Below are positions 10,121-21,391 of a stretch of DNA of 64,000 nt, piece after piece. The position numbers were made by a program, and so were the translations under genes. Each line of letters opens with the position of its first letter. The first letter of the stretch is position 1. Source of the stretch: Candidatus Delongbacteria bacterium (GTDB lineage: Bacteria; CAIWAD01); contig OY760505.1 of the NCBI GenBank assembly GCA_963663545.1, positions 2,592,001 through 2,656,000 on the forward strand, read 5' to 3'. Under the pieces are notes generated by a model. The model did not search any database. It was not told where the DNA came from and was given only the letters and a program-made list of their open reading frames with translations.

Positions 10121-13100
10121 ATGAGCACGCGCGTGATACTGCTGCTGACCCTCATGCTGGTTGGCAATGCGGTGGCAGATTCCTGGCGTTGCACACTTGG
10201 TGTGATACCGGGAGCAGGCGCAGAGCGCCAGATAGTGTTCGGCGTTGATCCGGCTGCGACAGACGGTCTGGATCCTGAGTTGGGAGAGCTGAACCTGCCT
10301 CCTTGGCCACCACAGGACGAGTTTGACGTACGCTTTCAGCGATCCGGGTTGGAGGGTTTATTGCTGGACTTGCGCGCAGATGACGCCACCAGCAAGACCT
10401 ACACGATTCGTTGGCAGGCGGGTGAGCAAGGGCTTCCTCTGACTCTGAATTGGGACAGGAGCTCCTTACCCGATGCTCGCATGCGACTTCGTGATCCATA
10501 CGGCGGTGCTGTCTTCAGCGAAGTTGATTTGTTTGAGCAAGATCATCTGGTGCTGAATAATCGTGCGCTGGATCGTGTCTTTCTGGTTGTATCACCGGGA
10601 TTGCAGAACACCGATCCACCACGTATCGAACTACCTGAATATCAGGCCGTTTACCAGGGCCAGCGTTTTGCGCCTGTTCATCTGGCTGAGAAGGTTCTGG
10701 ATCCGGACAACAATCCGGACGAGATCAGCTGGATGATCCTGCCCACACCTCCGCTATCGGTGACACAGACTGCGGGCATCGCGGCTGTAACCTATCCGGA
10801 AAGCTGGCTTGGTGAGGCCAATGTGCGCTTCATCGCGGCTGATCCAGAGCAGAATCGCGATACATTGGATTGTGTGTATCACGTATCTGCTGGAGGCGTT
10901 TCAGGATGGACACTTCCCTTGAGCATCTGCAGCCATTCCGGGCAGTCCAGCGTGTTACGTGCGGGTTTGCAGTCTTCCGCGTCTGACGAGCTGGATCTGG
11001 CGTTGGGTGAAGCCGAGCTGCCGCCGGTTCCGCCCAGTGGCGTGTTTGATGCGAGATTCTTGTTACCCGATGGAACGGCCACATTGACGGACTTCCGCCA
11101 GGCCTTGATGCAGGAGACGGTTTGGACCCTGCACATTCAAGCCGATACCGGCGGTTGGCCGATCGTGATACGCTGGTCTCAACCCCTGCCGCCGGGATCC
11201 TTCCTACTAGAGGATGGTCTAGGTGGAGTTGTGTTTGCTTCCTGCGACTTGGCGACCTGTGACAGCCTTTTGTTGCAGGAGTACGGCTTGGATCAGATTC
11301 AACTGCGCGTTCAGCCAGTGCTAGATGTAACACCGCCGACTGTACCCGGTGAGCTGCGCGTCATTCAAGCCTGGGCGGATTCGTGCAGACTAAGCTGGCT
11401 TCCCTCTTATGACGAGAATTTCCACTACTACGAAATCGTGGGGGCAGTAGGCTGGTTCGACAGTAATCCAACCTTTGTCTTTGATCACCATGACGCGGCC
11501 GAGTTAGCCACCATGAGTAGCTGCGAGGTGGTATTGCCCTGGGGCCTGGATCAGGATGCCTTCTTCCGTGCCCGTGCCTGGGATAGCTTCGGCAACGTCA
11601 GCGAAAAGAGCAACATCATTTCTGTGTCACACCCTCCGGATGTCTTCGAGTTGCTAAACCCGCCCAATCTGATGGACGTATCACGTCGCTTTCCTGGTGA
11701 AATGATCCCACTTCTATTTGAATGGGAGGCGACAGTAGATCCTGATGACGGTGATACGGTGAGCTACACATTTGAGTTGGCGCAGAGCCCTTCATTTGCA
11801 GGATCGCAGCGATTTGCACTTGGTGATGCCACGCAATACTCATGGAGCTCGCTGCCGCTTGAGGACGGCGACTGGTACTGGCGTGTTCATGCGCGTGACC
11901 CATACTTCAATACGCGGACCAGTGCGACAAGACGGTTTCAATACCTGCTGGACAGTACGTATATCTGCAAGATCAGCGCATTTACCCAGGACACTATCCT
12001 CCTTTCGGACACAGGCTATTCCTTTGGTCGAATTTGTGGTGATACGCAGGGGCTTGACTCCATTCTGGTGAAAGCCCATTCCTGGCAAACTCCTACAGGA
12101 ACACGAGCGGGTTCCAAGGTTGTGCCGCGCTGGTTTGAGGTGGAGGCCTGGCCCGAAACAGCCACGCCCGACTTCACCTTGGAGCTTTCGTATCTGCAGA
12201 GTGAGATGGAGACTTCCGGGATCGTCACAGAAATCAGCTTGATCCCGCACTTTCGTAGCGGCTTGTACTGGTATCCTGGTGAGGGCGGTGTTACACCCGT
12301 CGAGAACCTGGTCTGGCTGGCAACTCCTCTTGCCCACAAGCGCTGGAGCCTTGCCAGCAGCATTGAAGCGACGATCTCGCCCGGGTTCAATCTGCGCTTC
12401 GGCCAAGAGCCGCAGCTAACCACGGTCACTCCTTCTGAAAGGGACAGCTTGTGTGTCACCTTCAGCATCAGCAATACAGGACTAACCGGGTTGAGCAACA
12501 TTGCCTGGCGTGCCACAAGGACAAGCAACGCAGCACTCTGTGAGGGAACACTGACGGACTTCCTCGCCCCTGGTGCTACACAGCAGGTGCAGGTACTGCT
12601 TGACGCAAACCCGACGTCCGGTGAACAGTGCTGGCATTTTGAGCTGGACCCTGAGCAACGCATTATTGAGAGCAACGAAGAGGATAACAGCGCTGAGCTT
12701 TGTGTTACAGTGTTGACTCGCGCAGAACCCATGCTGGTTTCGATGATCCTGAGTGATACACTGTTGGCTCCGGGAGATCCCCTGGACGTGTCCTTGCTTA
12801 TTCGTAACACAGGTGAAGAGTCGTTGTCTGGAGTGGAGTACGCGCTTGAAGCTCTAGACAGCGAGGGGCACAGTTTCCTTGTAGCCTGTGGCGCATTCGA
12901 TATCAACGGAAGTTCGCAGCAAACTTTGCTCCTGAGCTATACTCCGGAAGGTGCGCCTGGTATGCACTACCTGACGGCGTCCCTTGATCCGCAGAATATT
13001 CTAAGCTGGGAAGACGCCGACAATAATACTGCCGCAGCAAGCCTTCGTACACGCCAGCCTGGATTGGCTATTAGTTGGAGCGCGCCCACGACTCTCGCGA

Positions 13101-16100
13101 TCGGTGAGATCGATAATTTCCGTGTGCGTGTGACAAACACTACTGAGATTCCACTGGGCGAAACGAGTCTGAGTCTAGGTCTGCCAGCGAATCTGGAGCT
13201 GGTGGGTAGCTCACCGGAAGCCACTTCTGAGAGCACGTGGAGCTATGCTCAAATGCTCGGTGGTGTTACAGAGACCGTCATTCTGCAACTGCGTGCTCCT
13301 GAAGGATTGGGGCTTGAAGGGCAGGTTGTATCCCTTCTTGCCGAGGGGCATGCTCTTAGTGCCGGAGAAAGCAATTCCCTTGCTGCCAGCTCCGAGCACG
13401 TAGTCGAGCTAGGCGAAGATACAAGGCCGCCGCTGCTTAGTTTGGACGTGAGCAATTCGCATTTGTCCGCGCTGGACGTTGTGCTCACCTTATCGGCAAA
13501 CGAAGCGCTCGCCACGTCTCCCAGGATTCTGTTGACACAGCTTGGTGATACATTGTACCTGCAGGAGATGACAGGGAACGCTGCTTCCTGGACGTCTACG
13601 ATGACTCCTGATCCTGACTGGGCGGCTGGCAACTGCCAGTTAAGTGTCTCTGCTCAGGATTTGCGGGGGAATTCAGCCAGCGTTGAGCGAACTCTGGTAG
13701 TGGATCACACGCCTCCGTATCTCGTGGGAAGTGTTCCTGTTTGGATCAATCATGATTCATTTCGCGTGACACTAACTCCAAACGAAGAGTTACGTGACAC
13801 ACCTGTGGTTGTCTTCAACACAGATACTGATACAATTGCAACAACCTTGCGGCGATCAGGCTCGAGCTGGCAGATTGACGCGCGGCTTCCCGAATCCTCT
13901 GTAGCCGAATGGGCTGTGCTACGTGTGAGTGCGGTTGACCTGGCCGGTAATTCTGGTGTACGTTGTGACACGCTGCGTACTGACTTTATCGCTCCAGAGC
14001 TAACACACAATCTACCCGGAGTGGTAGCGCCAGGTATGGTTGAAGTTCTGATTCAATGCAATGAAACACTTGCCGCAGCCCCCACCTTTACTGCCCACGA
14101 TGCGGCAGGACGTCTGCTTAGTCAGCAAGGGCCCTATGCGCTGGGCGGCAATTACAAAATCTTCCTGCTGATTCCAACGAACATCACCTCCGGCACCATT
14201 CAAGTGAACTGCTCCGGCAGCGATCTAGCAGGTAACACGGGTTCGTTTGCGCACCAGATCGCGTGTGACGTCAGTGGCCCCGAGCTGACTTTATCAGTGG
14301 ATCCCGAATGGCCGACGGGTGAATTTGTGTTACGAGTGCGCGCTAGTGAACCGCTGCAAGCCTCTCCAGAGCTGATCTTGACCAGCGCGCGCCCCGGATA
14401 CACCTTGCCAGCGCCGGAGGCGCAGTTCGTAGACGGTGCTTACGAGTACTGGTTCAGCGAAGGGAGTCTAGCCAAGGTGGAAGTGCTGGCCCGTGATACG
14501 CTGGGTCTTTGCGGCACAACAAAGCGTACCTGGCTGGATATCGCCATGCCAGCACAAGGTTTCCTCTTCAGCGACTTGCCTGATGGAAGTCAGGATGTCA
14601 CGGTGGAAGTACCTGTGCAGAACAACTGCGGTGTGCCCGTGCAGGAGGCGTGTCTGCTGGTCTTCAATGGATCAGCCGATACCACGCATTTTCTTGGTGA
14701 TACAGTGCGCGTGAGTATTCCTGCGTGGAGCACAGTCTATGCCGAAGTCAACTGGCCGCGTGAGCGCCAGGGGGACGATTACCGCCTGCTGGCCTGGTTG
14801 AACAAGGACGAGGAACTTCCGGAAACGAGTTATCTCAACAACCTGCGCACGTTCCAGCGCATGTTGCTGCAAACTCAGTCGCTGGCCAGTTCGTGGCAGC
14901 TTGGTGTGGACTCCGTTGCAATAGTCCAACTGTCGGTGTATTCCGGCATGAGCGGAAATGCCGCAACTCAAGACGAGTTTTTTGCCTGGGCTGATTTGCA
15001 AGACAGCAGTGGCGTGATACTCGCTGATAGTGTTCAGCTTGCAGCCGTGTCAGGACAGTGGTTCTTCCCTATGCCGATGGAGACAATACCTGCAGCCGGA
15101 AGTTATGACTGTGTGATACATGTGGATGATTATTCCGGACTTCCTGCGTTGAAGGATACTGTTGCATTGCGCGTGATTGATCCCATTGATCTGGTGGTCT
15201 ACACCGATACTCTGCAATACCATCGCGGAGAGGATGTGCAGATCCAAGGACGCCTGCTCTGTGCAGACACAAGCCTGGTACAGGGCGTCGCTGTATCACT
15301 GCGCATTTCGAGTTCCGGTGGAACACGCACGCTTTCGGCTACAACAGACGCTACAGGCAACTTCAGTGAAGTGTTTTCACCGTATTCTTCGGAAGCCGGT
15401 GACTACACCTTGCGTGCCTCGGCTACACCTGCCGGAGTGAGTCTGGTTCGTCAGACGTCCTTCAATATGTACGGGCTGCTGTTAGCGCCGAGTCAGGTCA
15501 GCGTGCGTTTGTCCCGAAACTCGGAGCAGAACGGCGAGATCATTCTGCGCAACATTGGAACACGCACAATTCATGGCCTGAGCTGCGCTCTGGGTGATAC
15601 TCTGCCAGCTGAGGGCCTCGAGCTTTTACTAGGAGCATGTCCCGATAGCTTGCGCGGTGGACAGGTGGCCCGCATTCCAGTGCAGGTGATCGCATCACCG
15701 GGTGATCCAGTTTCAGTGACGACGAACATTAGGATCGAAAGCGATGAAGAAGAGACTGAGAATGGCACGCTGACTATTACTGCAGAGGAGGCGAGACCTT
15801 CCATTCATGCCAGTGCGAGTAACACGGAAGTAGTCTTGATTCCAGGTCAGAGTGTGCTACGTCAGGTATACTTTGTCAACAGCGGCTTGCAGGCGGCGTT
15901 CTCTCCTGAAATTGAAACTCCGCAGATTTCCTTTCTGCAGGTGTTCGCTCCCAACGGCGTTCCTGCTGAGCTGGGCATAGGTGATACACTGCTGGTGAAC
16001 CTCCTCTTTGCACCGGACAGTCTAGCGGATGAAGGCCTGCACAGCGGCTATCTGCGCTTCAAATGTCAGAATCACGCTGCGGTAAGTAGTGGCGTCAGTG

Positions 16101-19100
16101 CTTTCGTGACACACAACACACTGGGACGTATTCGCTTTGCGGTGAGCAATTCCATCAACCAGTTCGTACCCCGTGCAGATATCTTCCTTTATTCGCAGGA
16201 GTACGATCCCTACACACACCGCTATCCCGTGTATCACTTGAGTGCTGACAGCACCGGTTCGGCCAGCCTGGATTCGCTTCGTTCAGGAAGCTATCGTTGG
16301 CAGGTGAGTGCCGATCAGCACAGCACAAAGACAGGACAGACCTTCCTGGAGCCTGTGCCGGGAATGATTCAGCGCGACAGTGAGTTTCAGGAGGTCAGCG
16401 TCACTCTGGATCTGGATTTGATCGACTACAACTGGATCGTGGAAGAAACAACGATCGTCGACGAGTACGAGATCACCCTTGAGGTGGACATTGATCCCAT
16501 TCCACAACAGGAAGAGCGATTGATGCCGCCTGTGCTGGTGGCTGATCCACCGGTGATTGTGGAGCAGTTCATTCACGACGACTACATCTTCGGCACTTTC
16601 CGCATTGCGAATCACGGCGATCTGACCGCCTATGGTTTTGAACTCGATCAGACAGAGCTGCTCCTGAGCGATGCCGATGGAGTCGACCGTTATCGGGTTG
16701 TAATCAATCCGCTGCCAACACTGATGACAACCGGGCTGGCGCGAAATGCATCCGCTACCATCGACTACTACGTCGAACGGCTCTACGACGATATCAATCC
16801 CCATCGTCTTCAAACGTGGATGATGGGCGATGAGAGTCGTCTTCATATGCTTGGTCACTACGATGTGGACGGGCTTCCGCAGTTCACCGAAGTCTTCGTG
16901 GACTTTGATCTGAGTACCTGGGTGCCAAATTGCTTCAGTATTCATCCGCACTACCTTGTGCGTACTACAATGCTGGGCGAAATCATCGAAGACATGACCA
17001 CAACAAGTGTGCGTGTTACAAACCGCAGCCCTTACGGCACGATGGAGTTTGAGGGTGGCCTTGGGCGATTTGTCGTCGACAAGAGCTTCGGGCCGCAAGC
17101 CATCATCGAAGGCATGATCAACGAGTTCACAGGTGGATTACTTGACCTGATGAATCTGATCAACGATGTCGTCGACATTTACACGGGGGAGTGGGATGCG
17201 ACACTGGACGCTGTTGATGTGCCAGCAGAGAGTTCCGTTGTACTACCGGTGAACTGGAGCGAAAGCGGTTGGGCACTGAATGTAGTACGCGCCTCATTCG
17301 GGTTTATGGCGGCTGGCTACCAGTGCCCCACTGACGATATGTCGCGCTTCACCATGTTGCCCATGTTCGGCGTGGATATTCTTCCTGTTGTACCACACGA
17401 TACTGGTGGCGGCTATGTCTACGTGAACTATCCCTCCTCAAGCAGCTACGGAACGGGAACCGGCAGCCCTACAGGCGGTGGCGGACACATTTCTGTTCTG
17501 CCTGGCATGCCCGGTGTTACAGAGGAAGAAGTGGAGCGTGTGCACCTGACCATTGATCAACGTCTCACGCTGGAACGCCAGGCTTTCAACGTGGCGCTTG
17601 AACTCACCAACGACACCGATTTCGAGATATCAGATTTCGCCATGAACGTGATTACACGTGATGAAGAGGGTGAGATCTTGACGGAGGACGAGACCGATCC
17701 AGAGGGGCCGCTCTTCTTCCAGAGTCCCATTCTGACGAACATCACAGGCATCGATGGAAGCGGTGTGATTCACGCTCATAGCTCAGCCGTGATACACTGG
17801 CTTGTGATACCGCGCACGCATTCCGGTGGTGAGTGCGGTATGGACTATCAGCTGCAAGGAAGCTTTTCCTTCGCGATTGCCGACACAACGCTTTCGATTT
17901 TGACGGAAGCCTCGCCGATAACGGTGAACCCGATGCCGCTGCTTGATGTGACGTACGCCCTGCCGCAGTACTTCGACGCGAGTATTCCCTTCCAGATGGC
18001 CACGGCCATCAGTAATCGTGGCTATGGCACAGCATTCAATGTCAATCTGACATCGGCCCAGCCGCAAATGGTGTGTTACAACGCTCAGGGACAGGTTGTC
18101 CCCTGTGGTAGCTACGATGTAGAGATCACCGGCGCCTGGATGGAAGGCGAGGCTGTATCACCGGAGTTGCATTTGGCATATGGCGATATCGTTCCCGACC
18201 AGACCAAGGTGGGGTACTGGGACTTCCTCTCCACATTCGACGGACGTGTCACGGATTTCAGCGCCAGCTATACACACGCTGCCGAGTTGGGTGGCGAAAG
18301 CACTAGTCTGCTGAATTCGGTCAGCGCGCACATCATGCTCAACCGAATGGATCCGGAGAATGGTGCGCATCTCATTGTGGCAGATTCCACCGATGATGGT
18401 GAGCCCGACTACGTGCTGGATCCGGACGGCGGTTTGTGGCACGATTTGCAGCGCTGCTATCCTGAGATCCTGCATGAGGCAGACTTCGATGAACCCTGGC
18501 TGAGTTTTGCTCTGGACTGCGACGAGGGCTGGAGCTGGTTCAAGGTGACAGATCCATTCGATGGCAGCATGCGCATTGTCGATGTCTACACTTCAGATGG
18601 CGAGCACATTCCCTTCAATCGCTACTGGCTGCGCGAGGGCGAGATCTTCTTTGTGGATCTGGTTGAGCCAGGGACCGTTTACACCATCGACTTTGGACCG
18701 CCGGTAGCACCGGATCTATCGCTGCCGCGCGCTTACAGTAACTGGCAGCCGCAGTATCCGCTGGAGACAGATTCCCTCAGCCTGAGTTTGGGTGTCTACA
18801 ACGCTGGCGAGCAGGACACTGATGGTCGCTTGCTGGACCTCTTCCTGGTGATTGACGGCGATAGTACGCGTCTGCGTCACTTGATCGTGCCCCCTGTTCC
18901 GGCGCGCAACCGGCAGAACTTGATCGTGCCGCTGGCGGCTAGCGAGTTGCAGCGAGGCTTCAATCGCCTCGTTGCCTGGCTCGATCCAAGTGAGCTGCGA
19001 CCGGATGACAACCGCAGCAACAATCTGTTGGCGCTGGATGTTTTCATCAATACAAAGCCGCTGCTAGAGTCCATTCCCGAACAAGTGTGTTACGAGGATA

Positions 19101-21391
19101 GCCTGCTGCTACTCGACTTGTCCTCCTTCATGCGCGACAGTACGCACGCTGTTGAAAGTCTCAGCCTGAGCATTGAGCAGGTCTATGCTTACGGTGATAC
19201 ACTGAACGTCTACGAAGATGAAGAGGCGCTTTGCAGCAACTTCAACCCATTCGTATCACGAACAGGTGGATCACAGACCTTGAAAGCCTCTGAACGATCC
19301 ACCACCGATGATCGCGCACAGGTTGTGCGCCTGCGGCGTAGCTCTACCAGTGGTGATCTTGATGTGATTGAGTCCGCACTTGTTGGCCGTCAACCACTTC
19401 GCAACGCGGAGTGGGAAGTGAGTACTGTTGGCAGCCGTCTCAGCCTCAAGGCGCCGGAGAACTGGTTCGGCGAGAGTCTGTTCAGTGTAGCGGCTTACGA
19501 TACCTGCGATGCAAGTAGTGATCCCGTCAACGTGTCACATACTGTGCTTCCGGTGAATGACGCACCGGTGTTGTGGGTACATGAAATCACCATGATCGAG
19601 GACGATAGTCTGAGTCTGCCCTTCCACGATTTTGTGCGTGATGCAGACGATGTAGACAGTTTATTGCGGGTGAGTTTTGAGTTTCTAATTGAGGAGCTCG
19701 AAGAGGAAACACGCTCCGTTAACGGCGGAAGTGTTGCGAGCGCAAACAAGACAGGGCTGGATTCACGCGAGGATCTCCCCGTTTACCTGCAGATTGTCGA
19801 TGGCACTTTTAGCCTAAGCACTGCCGACAACTATTGGGTGGATTCCCTGGCTGTTCTGGTTGAGATCTGTGATCCATCGGTTTGTGTGCAGGACACTCTC
19901 GTGATCCACATCACACCGGTCAACGATTCACCTCAAATGTTGAGGGCACTTGATGTGCTACTACTCGAGGAAGATGCGCCAACAGTTTGCATGCCAATGT
20001 CCAACTACTTCTATGATGCCGATGGGGATACACTGCACTACAATCTGACCTGGACGGAGCCTGCTCCTGCAAGCGCTGAAATGGAGCTGGATACCCTACG
20101 TATTACACCGCTTCCGGATGGGTTTGGTACGGGGCTGCTTACAGTGACCGTCAATGATGATCTCTGCATGTTAAGCGACAGTCTCCGACTGGTTGTCACA
20201 CCGGTCAACGATGCACCCTATCTACGTCATCCTCTGGCGGATGTGGAGTGGCAAGCCGGGGAGAGCGGACTCTTGATCCCGCGTCTCGAATCACATTTTG
20301 CCGATGTGGATGAAGATCCCTTGTATTACACGGTCACAGTAACACCGACCCTCGCCTTGGACAGTTTGGTGCTGCACGGCAACTTGCTCAGCGACAGAGA
20401 TCTGCTCACGCTGCCTATGCCGGAGCAAGATGAACAACAGCGACAAGTCACTGTGATGCAAACGCGATCTGAAACTTCGCGCAGCAGTTTACCGGAGATG
20501 CAAGCCGAAGCCGATGGACGACAGTCCTTGCGTGCAGTAGCAATGTCAGAGAAAGAGCTCCTTTCACCAATGATGAGCTACGCAACGTCAACGCCTGTGC
20601 GGGCTGCGAGTGACACAACCTCACTCTGGATCTATCCGCGTGCGGGTTATGCCGGAAGTATTGAGCTGCAGGTAAGGGCTTATGATCCTGCTTGGCTGAG
20701 TGCAGTGGATACCATGGTAGTGGAGATCGCTGGTAGTGCGGGACCCGCATACTCCATTGTGTCACCGGATACGGTCTATGCGGCTGTTGGCGAAAGCGTT
20801 GAGTTCAGTGTAGGAGTTGCCAATCTGTTGCAACGGCCCTTGGAATTGATAGACCGTGCGTTGGATCTCGAAGAGGTCTTCTCGTTGGTCAATGCACCCA
20901 TTGGAGAAATCGCAGTGGGTGATACAGCCCGCTTGGTGCTGCGCTATCAGCCCTTGGAATGGGGCTTCCATCAGGATGTGTTACAGCTTGAGTTGGATGC
21001 GGATCCGCCCATCTATGATCTCGTTCTGCGCGGTGTAGCCCGTATGGCCATGCCGGAAGTCCAAGGTTTGACTATTCGACCAAGCAGTCACAGTGGAGTC
21101 CGGCTCGAATGGTCTCCGTTGACGGAGATGCCGGATGGCTCACCGGTGGAGGTTGCAGGATATCGCATTGAAGTTGCCGATGATCCCTGGGTTGGCGACT
21201 ACGATTGGATGGATCTCGCCTTTACCAGCGGCACCTATTTCACCCACTACGGCATTGCTCAATCTGGTGTGAGGCGCTTTTATCGGGTTGTCGCTGTGAT
21301 ACAGGACGCCGTGCTTTCCGGTAGTAAGAGTGGCGAATCAGAGTTGCGTGATACGCGCTCGGCAGGAGCTGATCTGGAGCGCGCAAAATGA
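10121..21391 (+). CDS. Giant secreted Ig-rich surface protein (3756 aa): PPxPP domains, FN3, CARDB, Big/cadherin-like repeats
   Basis: Signal peptide. CARDB motifs (LDPEQRIIESNEEDN, ELPETSYLNN, DDNRSNN), DxAGN/DxxPP Ig repeats, V.PVNDAP tandem repeats, and the C-terminal RRFYRVVAV module. Confidence 0.82.
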   Translation: MSTRVILLLTLMLVGNAVADSWRCTLGVIPGAGAERQIVFGVDPAATDGLDPELGELNLPPWPPQDEFDVRFQRSGLEGLLLDLRADDATSKTYTIRWQAGEQGLPLTLNWDRSSLPDARMRLRDPYGGAVFSEVDLFEQDHLVLNNRALDRVFLVVSPGLQNTDPPRIELPEYQAVYQGQRFAPVHLAEKVLDPDNNPDEISWMILPTPPLSVTQTAGIAAVTYPESWLGEANVRFIAADPEQNRDTLDCVYHVSAGGVSGWTLPLSICSHSGQSSVLRAGLQSSASDELDLALGEAELPPVPPSGVFDARFLLPDGTATLTDFRQALMQETVWTLHIQADTGGWPIVIRWSQPLPPGSFLLEDGLGGVVFASCDLATCDSLLLQEYGLDQIQLRVQPVLDVTPPTVPGELRVIQAWADSCRLSWLPSYDENFHYYEIVGAVGWFDSNPTFVFDHHDAAELATMSSCEVVLPWGLDQDAFFRARAWDSFGNVSEKSNIISVSHPPDVFELLNPPNLMDVSRRFPGEMIPLLFEWEATVDPDDGDTVSYTFELAQSPSFAGSQRFALGDATQYSWSSLPLEDGDWYWRVHARDPYFNTRTSATRRFQYLLDSTYICKISAFTQDTILLSDTGYSFGRICGDTQGLDSILVKAHSWQTPTGTRAGSKVVPRWFEVEAWPETATPDFTLELSYLQSEMETSGIVTEISLIPHFRSGLYWYPGEGGVTPVENLVWLATPLAHKRWSLASSIEATISPGFNLRFGQEPQLTTVTPSERDSLCVTFSISNTGLTGLSNIAWRATRTSNAALCEGTLTDFLAPGATQQVQVLLDANPTSGEQCWHFELDPEQRIIESNEEDNSAELCVTVLTRAEPMLVSMILSDTLLAPGDPLDVSLLIRNTGEESLSGVEYALEALDSEGHSFLVACGAFDINGSSQQTLLLSYTPEGAPGMHYLTASLDPQNILSWEDADNNTAAASLRTRQPGLAISWSAPTTLAIGEIDNFRVRVTNTTEIPLGETSLSLGLPANLELVGSSPEATSESTWSYAQMLGGVTETVILQLRAPEGLGLEGQVVSLLAEGHALSAGESNSLAASSEHVVELGEDTRPPLLSLDVSNSHLSALDVVLTLSANEALATSPRILLTQLGDTLYLQEMTGNAASWTSTMTPDPDWAAGNCQLSVSAQDLRGNSASVERTLVVDHTPPYLVGSVPVWINHDSFRVTLTPNEELRDTPVVVFNTDTDTIATTLRRSGSSWQIDARLPESSVAEWAVLRVSAVDLAGNSGVRCDTLRTDFIAPELTHNLPGVVAPGMVEVLIQCNETLAAAPTFTAHDAAGRLLSQQGPYALGGNYKIFLLIPTNITSGTIQVNCSGSDLAGNTGSFAHQIACDVSGPELTLSVDPEWPTGEFVLRVRASEPLQASPELILTSARPGYTLPAPEAQFVDGAYEYWFSEGSLAKVEVLARDTLGLCGTTKRTWLDIAMPAQGFLFSDLPDGSQDVTVEVPVQNNCGVPVQEACLLVFNGSADTTHFLGDTVRVSIPAWSTVYAEVNWPRERQGDDYRLLAWLNKDEELPETSYLNNLRTFQRMLLQTQSLASSWQLGVDSVAIVQLSVYSGMSGNAATQDEFFAWADLQDSSGVILADSVQLAAVSGQWFFPMPMETIPAAGSYDCVIHVDDYSGLPALKDTVALRVIDPIDLVVYTDTLQYHRGEDVQIQGRLLCADTSLVQGVAVSLRISSSGGTRTLSATTDATGNFSEVFSPYSSEAGDYTLRASATPAGVSLVRQTSFNMYGLLLAPSQVSVRLSRNSEQNGEIILRNIGTRTIHGLSCALGDTLPAEGLELLLGACPDSLRGGQVARIPVQVIASPGDPVSVTTNIRIESDEEETENGTLTITAEEARPSIHASASNTEVVLIPGQSVLRQVYFVNSGLQAAFSPEIETPQISFLQVFAPNGVPAELGIGDTLLVNLLFAPDSLADEGLHSGYLRFKCQNHAAVSSGVSAFVTHNTLGRIRFAVSNSINQFVPRADIFLYSQEYDPYTHRYPVYHLSADSTGSASLDSLRSGSYRWQVSADQHSTKTGQTFLEPVPGMIQRDSEFQEVSVTLDLDLIDYNWIVEETTIVDEYEITLEVDIDPIPQQEERLMPPVLVADPPVIVEQFIHDDYIFGTFRIANHGDLTAYGFELDQTELLLSDADGVDRYRVVINPLPTLMTTGLARNASATIDYYVERLYDDINPHRLQTWMMGDESRLHMLGHYDVDGLPQFTEVFVDFDLSTWVPNCFSIHPHYLVRTTMLGEIIEDMTTTSVRVTNRSPYGTMEFEGGLGRFVVDKSFGPQAIIEGMINEFTGGLLDLMNLINDVVDIYTGEWDATLDAVDVPAESSVVLPVNWSESGWALNVVRASFGFMAAGYQCPTDDMSRFTMLPMFGVDILPVVPHDTGGGYVYVNYPSSSSYGTGTGSPTGGGGHISVLPGMPGVTEEEVERVHLTIDQRLTLERQAFNVALELTNDTDFEISDFAMNVITRDEEGEILTEDETDPEGPLFFQSPILTNITGIDGSGVIHAHSSAVIHWLVIPRTHSGGECGMDYQLQGSFSFAIADTTLSILTEASPITVNPMPLLDVTYALPQYFDASIPFQMATAISNRGYGTAFNVNLTSAQPQMVCYNAQGQVVPCGSYDVEITGAWMEGEAVSPELHLAYGDIVPDQTKVGYWDFLSTFDGRVTDFSASYTHAAELGGESTSLLNSVSAHIMLNRMDPENGAHLIVADSTDDGEPDYVLDPDGGLWHDLQRCYPEILHEADFDEPWLSFALDCDEGWSWFKVTDPFDGSMRIVDVYTSDGEHIPFNRYWLREGEIFFVDLVEPGTVYTIDFGPPVAPDLSLPRAYSNWQPQYPLETDSLSLSLGVYNAGEQDTDGRLLDLFLVIDGDSTRLRHLIVPPVPARNRQNLIVPLAASELQRGFNRLVAWLDPSELRPDDNRSNNLLALDVFINTKPLLESIPEQVCYEDSLLLLDLSSFMRDSTHAVESLSLSIEQVYAYGDTLNVYEDEEALCSNFNPFVSRTGGSQTLKASERSTTDDRAQVVRLRRSSTSGDLDVIESALVGRQPLRNAEWEVSTVGSRLSLKAPENWFGESLFSVAAYDTCDASSDPVNVSHTVLPVNDAPVLWVHEITMIEDDSLSLPFHDFVRDADDVDSLLRVSFEFLIEELEEETRSVNGGSVASANKTGLDSREDLPVYLQIVDGTFSLSTADNYWVDSLAVLVEICDPSVCVQDTLVIHITPVNDSPQMLRALDVLLLEEDAPTVCMPMSNYFYDADGDTLHYNLTWTEPAPASAEMELDTLRITPLPDGFGTGLLTVTVNDDLCMLSDSLRLVVTPVNDAPYLRHPLADVEWQAGESGLLIPRLESHFADVDEDPLYYTVTVTPTLALDSLVLHGNLLSDRDLLTLPMPEQDEQQRQVTVMQTRSETSRSSLPEMQAEADGRQSLRAVAMSEKELLSPMMSYATSTPVRAASDTTSLWIYPRAGYAGSIELQVRAYDPAWLSAVDTMVVEIAGSAGPAYSIVSPDTVYAAVGESVEFSVGVANLLQRPLELIDRALDLEEVFSLVNAPIGEIAVGDTARLVLRYQPLEWGFHQDVLQLELDADPPIYDLVLRGVARMAMPEVQGLTIRPSSHSGVRLEWSPLTEMPDGSPVEVAGYRIEVADDPWVGDYDWMDLAFTSGTYFTHYGIAQSGVRRFYRVVAVIQDAVLSGSKSGESELRDTRSAGADLERAK

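Noticed and set aside
2800..21000. Many antisense ORFs of 60-390 aa within the giant genes, and similar ones elsewhere
   Set aside because: These are shadow frames of GC-rich coding sequence with no recognisable motifs.
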